Origin: a bacterium
Lineage (GTDB): Bacteria > Patescibacteriota > Minisyncoccia > UBA6257 > 02-FULL-45-10c
NCBI GenBank assembly: GCA_030646915.1
Contig: JAUSKT010000019.1
Span: 1 to 50,820, forward strand
Reading direction: 5' to 3'
Length of the DNA stretch: 50,820 bases
Both the position numbers and the translations under genes were made by a program. A model generated the notes under the pieces. The model did not search any database. It was not told where the DNA came from and was given only the letters and a program-made list of their open reading frames with translations. The first letter of the stretch is position 1; each line of letters begins with the position of its first letter. This document shows, piece by piece, positions 37,948-49,100 of this stretch.

Positions 37948-40125
37948 ATGTATCTTAAGCGCTTAGAAGTAATAGGATTTAAGTCTTTTGCGGAAAAAAC
38001 TGTTTTTGATTTTCCTGGAGGCATTGCTGGCATTGTCGGCCCCAATGGAAGCGGGAAGTCTAATATTATTGACGCTATCCGCTGGATTTTGGGCGAGCGG
38101 GAAGCTAAAAATCTTCGCGGAGGAAAAGCTGAAGATTTAATTTTTGCCGGCACTCCTAAGCGTCCTCGGATGGGAATGGCGCAGGTAACGATTAATTTTG
38201 ATAATTCCAGCGGATTTTTTCCGGTGGATTTTAAAGAAGTTTCCATTTTGCGCAGGATTGAACGGGACGGTAATTCAAAATATTTTTTAAATAAAGCTGA
38301 AGTTCGTTTAAAAGACATTATAGATTTTTTTGCTAAAGTTCGGCTTGGGACTCATGGCCTTTCTATTATCAATCAAGGTTCAAGTGATTTATTCGTCCGG
38401 GCGACTCCTCAAGAAAGGCGGGCGATGATTGAAGAAATTTTAGGCCTGCGCCAGTATCAGCTGAAAAAGCATGAGGCAGAAAGGAAATTAAAAAATACCG
38501 GCATTAATATTGAAAAAGTTCGGGCGATGATTGAAGAAATTGCTCCGCATCTCAGGTTTTTAAAACGCCAAACTTCCAAATGGGAAAAGCTTGGAGAATT
38601 AGAAAAAGAATTGCGTGAGCAGGAAAATCTTTATTTTTCCAACAAATTAAAAGATCTTAATGCCGGCTTGGAAAAATTAAATCCGGAAATTAAAAAGCTT
38701 GACCAAGAAATTTCTCATAAAGAAAAAGAACTTAGCCAATTAAAAATAGACTTGGAAAAAGTTGAGGCTGGCCAGCCAAAACAAAAAAATCAAATTAGTG
38801 AATTAAGAAAAAAACGAGAAGAACTGCTTAGGGAGCGTTCGGAAATTGAAAGGGAATCCGGCAAATTGGAAGCTAAATTGGAAATGTTAAATTCGATGGT
38901 AGCCAGTGAAAATATCGATTTGCGGGCGGGGGAATTATTGACTCTTTTAGGAGAAATAAAAGACATTTTATCCGGGCTTTTACAAGAAAAAACTTTAGAT
39001 AAAGTGCATTCAGAGATTGCCTCAATGGTGCAAAAAATTAATTTAGTTACTGATAAAACTGCCAAGAAAAAAGGTGAAATTGAGGATATAAAAGGATTAA
39101 AAGACGCTTTATCGAAAAAGCTTCAGCCGATCCGTTTAGAACTGGATTCTCTTTTAAAAATAGAAGAAGAATCTTCCCATGGATTGGAACATTTTAACGT
39201 GGAATTCCGGGAAGCTTTTGAAAGGCTGGAGAAAAAACGGGAGGAAATCATTAAATTGAATAATGATAAAAATAAAGTTCTTTTTGAGGCAGAGAGATTG
39301 AATTTGCGGAAACAGGATTTGGAATCACAGCTTTCTCAAATTGGCCGGAAGGTTGAAGAATTTAAAAACTTGGCCTTGGCTTCAGCTGGCATGCCAGCTG
39401 AAGAGTTAGTTTCTTTGGAGCGCAAAATGCTTAAATTACGGTCAGAACTTGCCGGCATCGGCGAGGTGGATCATGCGCTGATTAAAGAAGCTCAAGAAAC
39501 TGAAACTAGGCATAGCTTTTTAGCAGTTCAGATTCAAGATTTAGAAAAAGCTGCAACTGATCTGGATCAGTTGATTAAGGAATTGGAAGAAAAAATCAGC
39601 AATGGATTTGATGAATCTTTGAAGAAGATTAATGTTGAATTTGATAAATTTTTTAATCTTATGTTTGGGGGCGGCAGTGCAAAATTATTTTTAGAAAAAC
39701 CGGAAGTTCCTAAAGTCATCGAAGAAGGAGATGAGGCGCAAGAATTAAAAGAGCATCAAAAAGAAATGGAAGAAGATGAATTATCCAAACAGTTAGGAAT
39801 TGAAATTGATTTAAATTTGCCGAGAAAACGCATTCGGGGATTAGACATGCTTTCTGGCGGAGAAAAAAGCTTAGTTTCTATTGCCGCGCTCTTTGCTTTA
39901 ATTTCCGTCAGCCCCCCGCCATTTTTAGTTTTAGACGAAGTGGACGCAGCCTTAGACGAAAAAAATACCAAGCGTTTTGCGGATATTGTTCGGGATTTCG
40001 CCAAGAAAACCCAGTTTATTATCGTTACCCATAACAGAGCGACCATGGAGGCTGCGGATGTTTTGTACGGCGTAACCATGGAAGAGGACGGAGTTTCAAA
40101 AGTATTGTCTCTGAAGTTGGATTAA
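37948..40125 (+). CDS. smc: Short SMC-family ATPase (725 aa)
   Basis: MYLK.L...GFKSF, GPNGSGKSN, coiled coil, LSGGE, LDEVDAALD; ATG 37948 follows TATAAT. Confidence 0.9.
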   Translation: MYLKRLEVIGFKSFAEKTVFDFPGGIAGIVGPNGSGKSNIIDAIRWILGEREAKNLRGGKAEDLIFAGTPKRPRMGMAQVTINFDNSSGFFPVDFKEVSILRRIERDGNSKYFLNKAEVRLKDIIDFFAKVRLGTHGLSIINQGSSDLFVRATPQERRAMIEEILGLRQYQLKKHEAERKLKNTGINIEKVRAMIEEIAPHLRFLKRQTSKWEKLGELEKELREQENLYFSNKLKDLNAGLEKLNPEIKKLDQEISHKEKELSQLKIDLEKVEAGQPKQKNQISELRKKREELLRERSEIERESGKLEAKLEMLNSMVASENIDLRAGELLTLLGEIKDILSGLLQEKTLDKVHSEIASMVQKINLVTDKTAKKKGEIEDIKGLKDALSKKLQPIRLELDSLLKIEEESSHGLEHFNVEFREAFERLEKKREEIIKLNNDKNKVLFEAERLNLRKQDLESQLSQIGRKVEEFKNLALASAGMPAEELVSLERKMLKLRSELAGIGEVDHALIKEAQETETRHSFLAVQIQDLEKAATDLDQLIKELEEKISNGFDESLKKINVEFDKFFNLMFGGGSAKLFLEKPEVPKVIEEGDEAQELKEHQKEMEEDELSKQLGIEIDLNLPRKRIRGLDMLSGGEKSLVSIAALFALISVSPPPFLVLDEVDAALDEKNTKRFADIVRDFAKKTQFIIVTHNRATMEAADVLYGVTMEEDGVSKVLSLKLD

Positions 40126-40157
40126 TTTTCACAGCCCCTCCCTGTCAACCCTCGATT

Positions 40158-40183
40158 TGTGCATAACTTCCCCCTGTGGATAA
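40158..40183 (-). promoter_or_regulatory. Two DnaA-box-like sites
   Basis: tgtggataa (perfect TTATCCACA) at 40175-40183; tgtgcataa at 40158-40166. Confidence 0.55.
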
Positions 40184-40288
40184 CTTGAACTAGGGGAGTA
40201 TGTATAATAAAGAACTTCTTTGCTAAAATTATTAGTGGCAATGAAGCGGAGTATTTAATACTAATTCTAGCTGCTTGCCAACGCCAAA

Positions 40289-41320
40289 ATGAACATGATT
40301 GGCGAACTTACAATTCGAAGTTTAATTCTAATTTTTAGCTTTTCTGCGCTAGGATGGTTTTTTGCTTACCCAGTTTTTATTTATGCAAGCGAAGCCGCTT
40401 CAAATAATTTTTCCATATTAGAATCGGTTATTGCCCCCGGAGAATATTCTGCTTCGGCCAGCTATATTTTACTTGATGCATTAGATGAATTTGTTATCGG
40501 AACCAGTACTGCAAGTAGTTTTCAATTAAATGACGGATTTTTATATTATCCTTTTGTGAGTACGCCGGTTTTATCGGCAACGGCAGGCAATGGTTCAGTC
40601 GCGCTTTCTTGGACGGCCGCGCAAGGATTTTTGGGATGGAATGTGTCTGGCTATAATGTCGGAGTATCGACGGTTTCCGGCAGCCAATATGCTTTTACTT
40701 CGGTTGGCGATGTACTTGCTTCAACTCAGGCAACTTTAACTAACGGCATAATTTATTATTTTATTGTGCGGGCTGAAGACTTTTTCGGAAATTCTATTGC
40801 AACTTCAACAGAAGTTTTTGCAACACCCTCCGCACTTGGAGAAGTTGTCCAAACTCACCCCGGATCCGGCGATGGCGTTCTCATCAGCCTATTGCCATTT
40901 TTTGGCACTACTAATCCTGCCATTCCAAGAATAATTTGCAGTAGGTCAGACTTAAATTGTGATGGAAAAACTGGCCTTGCGGATTTTAGTATTCTTTTGG
41001 CCAAACCGGAACAGGCTGCCAGAAAAATTTTAAGCTATCTTTTCTCCGACTGGACCGAGACTCTCCCAATTCCTAAATCTAATTTGGAAGAATCCAGTGA
41101 ATTTGCATCTAATAAAAATTCCCAGCAAGTTTTTTCAGGAAATAATGAAATTGCCCAGTTTGTAAATATTTTCCCGCCAAGCCAAGCCATTTCAACAGTT
41201 AAAAACTTTTTATCAACTGTTAAATCTTTCCTGGAAAATTTCTGGTCTTTGTTGAAAACCGTTTCGTACTCATTGCTTCAAGGCGCAGAGGAATCAATAA
41301 ATAATATTTTAAAAAGATGA
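40289..41320 (+). CDS. Secreted protein with FN3 domain and dockerin/EF-hand-like motif
   Basis: Signal; LSATAGNGSVALSW...LTNG..YYFIVRA; SDLNCDGKTGLADFSILL. Confidence 0.78.
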   Translation: MNMIGELTIRSLILIFSFSALGWFFAYPVFIYASEAASNNFSILESVIAPGEYSASASYILLDALDEFVIGTSTASSFQLNDGFLYYPFVSTPVLSATAGNGSVALSWTAAQGFLGWNVSGYNVGVSTVSGSQYAFTSVGDVLASTQATLTNGIIYYFIVRAEDFFGNSIATSTEVFATPSALGEVVQTHPGSGDGVLISLLPFFGTTNPAIPRIICSRSDLNCDGKTGLADFSILLAKPEQAARKILSYLFSDWTETLPIPKSNLEESSEFASNKNSQQVFSGNNEIAQFVNIFPPSQAISTVKNFLSTVKSFLENFWSLLKTVSYSLLQGAEESINNILKR

Positions 41321-42555
41321 AAAATAAAATATTTAAAATAATTTTCTTATTATTCCTATTCCAGGGCGGAATAGCTGAAGCTGCCACTTTAAGGCTGACT
41401 CCGGCCATAGGTTCATTCATTTTAGGAAGCACTTTTGATGTTTCGGTAATTATGAATACCAATAATGTGCCAATAAATACGATAGAGGCGGAACTTAATT
41501 TTCCGGCGGATAAATTGCAGATTGCCAATCCATCGCTCGGCCATTCAATAGTCCAAATCTGGGCCAGTCCGCCCACTTTTTCTAATCGCGAGGGAAGAAT
41601 TTATTTTATCGGCGGAATTCCTTCTCCGGGAATCAATACTTCCGAAGGAGTGGTGCAATCTTTTACTTTCCGAGTGGTGGCTCCCGGCGAAGCGAAGATT
41701 TCTTTTGGTAAAAATACTTCCGTACTGGCTAATGATGGGCTTGGCACTGATATTCTCAAGCAAACTTCCCCAGCCGAATTTAAATTGCTTCTGCCGCCGC
41801 TCCAGGGTCCGGATGTTTTTTCTCCAACGCATCCGGAACAGGGGAAATGGTATCGTGATCCAAATCCAATATTAAAATGGTCTGCTTCATCAAATTCATC
41901 AGGTTTCAGTTATCTGATTGACCACAGCCCGAATACCGCGCCTCCTGCTTCGGTTATGGCTACCAGTTCTGAAGCTACTTTTGACAATTTAGAAAGCGGA
42001 ATTTGGTATTTCCATGTCCGGGAAAAAGCCGGTGGAACTTGGGGAGGGACAAGCCATTATATTTTAAATATTGATTCTTTGCCGCCGGCAGAATTTAACC
42101 CAGAAGTTTCTCCGTCTGCCAGAACTTCTAACAAAAATCCAATTTTCCGATTTTTTACCACTGATTCGCTTTCTGGCTTTGATTATTTCCAAATAAAATT
42201 GATACCCCTCAAAAGCGGGCCGACTGAATCATCTTTCTTTTACGAAGTTTCCAGCCCATACCAATTTTCTAATTTAAAAATCGGGCGGTATGAAGCAATT
42301 GTCCGGGCTTACGATAAAGCCGGCAATTTCCGGGATGGATCAGCGGTCCTGAATATTATTTTTTCGCCGCTGAGCTTTATAAATTCTGAAGGAATTGATT
42401 TCATTTTCTTCTTTATGTCCTGGCCGGCCATCCTTTCAATTTTAATCTCCATTACTTTCTTCATGTCAGTTTTTATTTTGATAATTTGGATCCGCCACCG
42501 CCACCATCTCCAGCATGCGTTTAAAGATGATTTTAAAAATTTATGGCCATTTTAA
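41317..42555 (+). CDS. Cohesin-domain surface protein with Ig-like domains and C-terminal TM
   Basis: Signal AEA|A; TFDVSV.....PIN.....LNFP.DKL; VLANDG.GT; SPTHP; G.WYFH; VRAYDKAGN; TM. Confidence 0.8.
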   Translation: MKNKIFKIIFLLFLFQGGIAEAATLRLTPAIGSFILGSTFDVSVIMNTNNVPINTIEAELNFPADKLQIANPSLGHSIVQIWASPPTFSNREGRIYFIGGIPSPGINTSEGVVQSFTFRVVAPGEAKISFGKNTSVLANDGLGTDILKQTSPAEFKLLLPPLQGPDVFSPTHPEQGKWYRDPNPILKWSASSNSSGFSYLIDHSPNTAPPASVMATSSEATFDNLESGIWYFHVREKAGGTWGGTSHYILNIDSLPPAEFNPEVSPSARTSNKNPIFRFFTTDSLSGFDYFQIKLIPLKSGPTESSFFYEVSSPYQFSNLKIGRYEAIVRAYDKAGNFRDGSAVLNIIFSPLSFINSEGIDFIFFFMSWPAILSILISITFFMSVFILIIWIRHRHHLQHAFKDDFKNLWPF

Positions 42556-43127
42556 ATTTTAAAATAACAAAAGCAGTATTAACGGTGATTTTTTCGGCTT
42601 TAGTGCTTTTGGGGATTTTTCTCGGAACCTCAATCAGCTTCGCTGATAATCAAAAAGCTGTTTTACCTCCGCCGGCTTTTGTGAATCCGGAAGATTTTCA
42701 TTCTGTGGAAGAAGTCTTGTATCTGGAGGGAAGAGCAAATCCAAATGCTTCCGTAACTGTGGCAGTGCAAAAGCCCGGAGAAAATTCTTTGCAGCTGACT
42801 GCCCAGGCGCTTGATTCCGGAGAGTGGATAATAGCTAAAAAAATTATTTTGGGTTCAGGAATTTATGAAATCCGCGCCCAGCAGCAATTAGGCAATTTAG
42901 TTTCTGGCTGGTCAGAGCCGCAGATTATGAAATCGATTGTTACCGGGATACATATTTTAGGCCTGAATATCCTTTATATAAATATTGTTTTAGCGCTTTT
43001 AATAATTTTAGTCCCATTGGCTGCTATTTTTTCATACTTTGTACGGCATCACTGGAAATTCCGCATATGGGTTAAAAATGGAAAACCGCATCACCCAATT
43101 TTTTCCAGAGCAAAAATTAAAAAATAA
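42543..43127 (+). CDS. Ig-like membrane protein
   Basis: Signal; G.A.PNA.V.V...G.W...G.Y.I.A; C-terminal TM. Confidence 0.72.
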   Translation: MAILNFKITKAVLTVIFSALVLLGIFLGTSISFADNQKAVLPPPAFVNPEDFHSVEEVLYLEGRANPNASVTVAVQKPGENSLQLTAQALDSGEWIIAKKIILGSGIYEIRAQQQLGNLVSGWSEPQIMKSIVTGIHILGLNILYINIVLALLIILVPLAAIFSYFVRHHWKFRIWVKNGKPHHPIFSRAKIKK

Positions 43128-43133
43128 AAAATT

Positions 43134-46100
43134 ATGAAATCCCTAAGAAAATATCTTAAAAAATTATTGCTGCCAAAATCGCTTATTATCAGCGCAGTGA
43201 TATTTTTATTTTCTTTCGGGAGCGCTGCCGCGGTTTCCGGTACGCCAACGATTATTAATTATCAAGCCAGATTGACCAATTCAAGCGGAAATTTGGTCAC
43301 TGGAACTTATTATTTCAAATTTTCTATTTGGGATAATCCAACAGTGGGTTCCGGAAATCAGTTATGGCCCACTACTGCTGGCGCTCCGCATTCTACTTCA
43401 ACTACAGTCACACAAGGAGTCTTTAATATAAAAATAGGGGATACGGCAAATGGATATCCGGATCCGTTAAATTATAATTTTAATACTAATAATACTGTTT
43501 ATCTTCAAGTTGAAGTTTCCTCAGATAATGCCAGTTTTGAAAAGCTATCACCCAGAAAACAAATCTCTTCCGCCGCTTTCGCCCAAGTTGCCGGAGCAGT
43601 GAGCGGAACTTCCACCCCGTCATCTTTTGGAACAACAACCCCGATTGGAAATTCTATTGTGACGATTGAAGCATCTTCTTCTGGCGCAGTTCCTCTTTCA
43701 ATCCGCGGAGCATCCGGGCAATCAGCGAATATTTTTCAAATCCAAGATTCTACTTCCGCTAATCTTTTATATTTAAATTCCTCTGGAAGTTTATTCGCAT
43801 CCTCATCTCTCCAAGTTTCCGGCACTTCTGTTTTTTATAGCAATTTGGGAATCGGTACTTCCACGCCCGGTTCATTACTCGCAGTTCAAGGCAATGCATT
43901 AATTTCCGGAAATTTAAATGTTGCGAATATTACCGCGACGGGGACTTTGACCGTAGCCGGAACAATTACTTTCAATAACGCTTCCACTACCGGAATGCTG
44001 ACGATTGGTAATGGTTTTATTTCTTCCGCTTCTTCCACGGTGGCTGGGCCGTTCCAAGTTTCCGGAGTTCTAAATGCTTCCTCAACAATCTCTGGAGGAA
44101 CCACGACAATTAATAATTTAATCGTCACCAATACTTCCACTTCCACTTTCACCGGGGGAGTATCCGCTAATACTTTAGGAGTTACTGGAACTTCCAGTTT
44201 AGCCGGATTATCTGCCGGTTTTGGAACATTTTCCGGAAATCTTTTGAGTCTTGGCAATTTGGATATAACCGGCACTTCTACACTTAACGGCTTATCCGCC
44301 GGCTTTGGAACATTCTCCAGCAATCTCGTCACTTCCAAAGATTTAAATGTCAGCGGATTAAGTTCTTTAAGTGGTTTTATTTCCTCGGCGTCTTCTACTG
44401 TTTCAAATACTTTACAAGTTACCGGCAATATACAAGCTTCTTCTTCGGTTTCAATTGGCGGCGTATTAGCATTAACCGGTACAACCGGAACTTCAACAAT
44501 TGCCAATGGACAAGGATTTACTATTGGCTCAACTCAATTAGTGCTTCAGCAGGGCAGTGGAAAAGTTGGAATCGGAACAAATGATCCGTCCACACTTTTA
44601 CATATAAAAGGAAGTAGCCCGATTTTTAGGCTAGATAACTCGGATAATATTTACTGGGAAATCAGAGGAGCTGCTAGTCAACTTATATTCGCTGACCAAA
44701 ACAACGGGCAAAGAGCGGCTATAGATACATCTGGCAATCTGTATTTAAGCGCAGGAAACTTCAAATCTGGAACATTAGGAAGCGCTTCAGCGCCGGCTTT
44801 TACTTTTTTTAATGATGATGATACTGGTATTTTTTCCGGAGACAATATATTAGGATTTGTCACTGGAGGATTAGAGAGGTCGCGCATTAATTCTTCCGGT
44901 CAGTTGGGTATTGCCACTAATACTCCCGGAGCTTTACTGGCAGTTCAAGGAAATGCCTTAATTTCTGGAAATTTAAATGTTGCCAATATCAATGCAACTG
45001 GAACATTAACAATCCCTTATGCTTCTACAACGATGGTGACGATGACTAATGGATTCATTTCTTCGGCTTCTTCCACATTGGCCGGATCTTTGCAGATTGC
45101 CGGCGTCTTGCAAGCCTCCTCCACCATCTCCGCAGGCACCACTACTATTACTAATTTGATTGTCACTAATACTTCCACCTCCACTATTGCCGGAGGATTC
45201 GCGGTTCAAACCAACAAACTCGTGGTAGACAAAGAAACCGGAAATGTGGGGGTCGGCACTACTACTCCAGGCTCTCTTTTCTCAGTTGCCGGTGATTCTT
45301 TATTGGGCGGATTAACAACTATCTATCGAGCTATTTTTGGATCCATTTCTGCTACCGGAACCCTTGATGTTTCCGGACTTTCCACTTTTTCCGGATTAAT
45401 TTCTACTGCATCTTCCACTTTTTCTAATAATCTAAATGTCAGCGGTCCGCTTTCTGCCTCATCTACTTTGAATGTCGGAGGATTAGCTTATCTTTCCGGG
45501 TTTATTTCCACCGCCTCATCCACGATTTCCAATTCCCTCAATGTTTCCGGACCATTATCTGCTTCTTCCACTTTGTCTGTGGCCGGACTGGCTACTCAAG
45601 TTGGAGGTTTTATTTCATCGGCTTCTTCTACGGTTTCTTCCAATCTTTTAGTCTCCGGAGTTTTCAATGCTTCTTCAACAATCTCCGGAGGAACCACGAC
45701 AATCAATAATTTAATCGTCACTAACACTTCCACTTCCACAATTGCCGGCGGCTTGGCGGTTCAAACCAATAAATTAGTGGTGGACAAAGAAACTGGAAAT
45801 GTCGGGGTGGGAACGACTACTCCAGGTTCGCTCTTTTCAGTTGCCGGAAATTCTCTGTTCGACGGACTTCTGACTGCCTATCGAACTCTCTTCGGATCAA
45901 TGACTGCCACCGGCACTCTCAATGTTTCCGGACTATCCGCGCTAACCGGAGGATTTATTTCTTCGGCATCATCAACGGTAGCAGGTAATTTCCACGTCTC
46001 TGGAGTTTTGAATGCTTCCTCAACTTTGCTGGCAAACGGACTTTCTGTTTTGACTGGAGGATTTATCAGTTCTGCTTCTTCCACTGTGGCCGGATCGTTG

Positions 46101-49100
46101 CAGGTAGCTGGCAATCTTCAAGCTTCATCAACAGTTTCAGCTAATGCTCTTTTTGTGGTGGGAAATACTGGTATCGGCACAACTTCTCCAGGCGCACTCT
46201 TTGCAGTCCAAGGCAATGCTTTGTTAGCTGGAAATCTTTGGGCCAATAATATTACTGCGACTGGGACAATCACCGTAACCGGAACTTCTGGGACTTCAAC
46301 AATCGGTTCCATCACTATCGGACCGAATGGCAGATTTGGTTTTAGCACCACTACTCCTAATATCGCCAATTTTGAAGTGGCGACCAGGACGATTGCATTT
46401 AACTCTGGAGCGGATGGATCATTGGGTTCCTGGTCAACTGCCAATGCTTTGCCGGGAATCAGGGGATATCATTCTTCTGTTACTGCTAATGGATATGCAT
46501 ATGTGATTGGAGGAACTGATGGTTCTTTTCAATCTACAATTTATTATGCAAAATTAAATAGTGACGGTTCAACCGGCGCTTGGGCAACCAATGCTAATGC
46601 TTTGCCGGGAATCAGGGGCGGACATTCTTCTGTTGCTGCTAATGGATATGTATATGTGATTGGAGGTAGAGGAATTGCCAATGCTCTTCAATCCACTATT
46701 TACTATACCTCTACTGCCCGGATTATGGTTTCTGGCAATTTGGATTTATTAGGCTTAGCTAGCACCACTCTTTCTGACAGCAGCGATTTTGGTTCTAATG
46801 GCAGTTCTATTTTTGCCGGCGATATATTCAGCAATGGGAAACTAGAAGTAACCGGCAACTCTATGCTTTGGAACGGGCTTGGAGTAAATGGATTATTATC
46901 TGTAACTGCCAGTTCATCTAATCAACAAAATGTTCCGATTTTTAGCATTCAAAATGCTACCGGCACAGTTCCATTATTTCAAGTTTTGTATAATGGCCTG
47001 GCTACTTTATCTAATGGATTTATCAGTTCGGCTTCTTCCACTGTGGCCGGATCGTTGCAGGTAGCTGGCCCATTATCCGCTTCCTCTACTTTGTCAGTAG
47101 CCGGACTGGCTACTCAAGTTGGAGGTTTTATTTCCTCGGCTTCTTCTACGATTTCTTCAAATCTTTTAGTTAGTGGATTTTTAAATGCTTCTTCGTCAGC
47201 AGCTATAGGCGGCGCATTGAGCGTTGGCGGAAACATCACTATTCCAACGGGAGGTTATGGCTTATTTATTAATGGAAATAATAGTGGGCTTAGTTTAGTA
47301 GGAGGACAGAATACTTCTGGTGGAGCAAGTATTTCAATATTTGGTATTGACCATTCAACATTATCGAATGTTATTCAATTCAATAGAGTGACAGGAGGTG
47401 AATCTGCAAGAATAGATACAAATGGACGATTGGGCATCGGAACTACTTCTCCATCCCAGCCCCTTTCGGTTCATGGAGGAGCTTTAATTGCCGGTACTAC
47501 TACTGTTAATGGTTTAATTGCCACGGGTTCGGTGTATATCACCGGAAATGTCGGAATCGGGACGACGAACCCGATAGGCAGTTTGGACGTCAAAGGCGTT
47601 GGTAATACTGCGGGCAGCATCGGTTTGCAGCTGCGAAGTGGCAACTCCTCTGAAGGGTTCCTCGGCAACCAAATAGTTTTTGGAAATTCCGGAACAACTG
47701 ATTATAACCAGGCAATAAAGACCCGTCACAACAACGCAACAAATAACAATGCTTTCGACTTTTATACCTGGCAAACAGGAGATGTGGCCGGGGATATCGG
47801 CAGTCTCTTTAACATGACTATCAACGGTGGCAAAGTTGGCGTTGGTACAACTTCACCCTCTCAACGCTTATCAGTCCACGGAAATGGATTATTTTCTGGA
47901 AATCTTAGTTTGGCTAATTTAACGGCAACTGGGACTTTGACTTTTGCTAATGCTTCCACTACCGGAATGTTAACCATTGGCAATGGTTTTATTTCTTCGG
48001 CTTCCTCAACGGTTTCTTCAAGTCTTAATGTCTCTGGTTCATTTATAGCTTCATCAAGCGTAGCATTAGCAGGGGAAGTTGTTATTGGCCCCGTAGCTCC
48101 TACTGGTTTTGGCAGAGCCTTAACTATTGGCGCTGCAGATATGGCAATTAATGTAATGGATTCAGATGTTGGTGGTACTGGAATTGGGATAGAATGGAAA
48201 AGAAATAATGGTACCGCCGATTTAGGGATAAGCATAACGGGGGGTCAAGTATATTTTTCTGGCAGAGCAGGAGATGTTTTCAATTTTCGCGCCGATGGCT
48301 CTAATAACGGTTTAACTTTGGATGCTAATGAACTTGCAACTTTAGTTAATGCCACTACGACTCAACTTACAGTTACTAATAATACTTATCTTGCAACCGC
48401 TGGAGGTAGTGTCGGCATCGGGACTACTACTCCGGGTAAAAAGTTAGTATTAGAAACAGGGACACATCAAGACGGTATAAATTTAGTTCAAACTAATTCA
48501 GCTTTTGATACTGGATTTAGTATTAATAATAGAAATGTTGTTAGCTACTTTGGGGGATGGTCTACAACTAAACTATTTATAAACGGCATGGCTGACTGGA
48601 CTGGCGGAGTTGAAGTTGGTTCGTTTGCCGGAAGTAAAACAAGTAATTTATTAATAAACGGTAATGTCGGCATTGGGACGGATAGTCCTGACTCCAATCT
48701 CGATGTTGTTAATACTGGTGCTGGTGCGGATAATATAATTTTGACGCTACAAAGCGATTCTGGAACGCCAGCCGCAGAGGACATTGCTAGGATTGACTTC
48801 AAATTCTCGGACGCTGGCGGGAATCAGGATGTAATGGCATCGGTAGTTGGCGTAGATGAAGACCCCGCAGAGGGAACCGAGGACGGTGGTCTTGCATTTT
48901 ATACTAGAGCCGCTGGCGGTTCTGTGACTGAAAAAGTGCGTTTAGGCTCAACTGGCAATCTTGGAATTGGCACTACCACTCCAGGCGCATTATTTTCAGT
49001 CCAAGGTAATGCTTTATTAGCTGGAAATCTTTGGGCCAATAATATTACGGCGACTGGAACTATCGGTATAAATGCAAATCAAAAACTTATATTAAATAGC

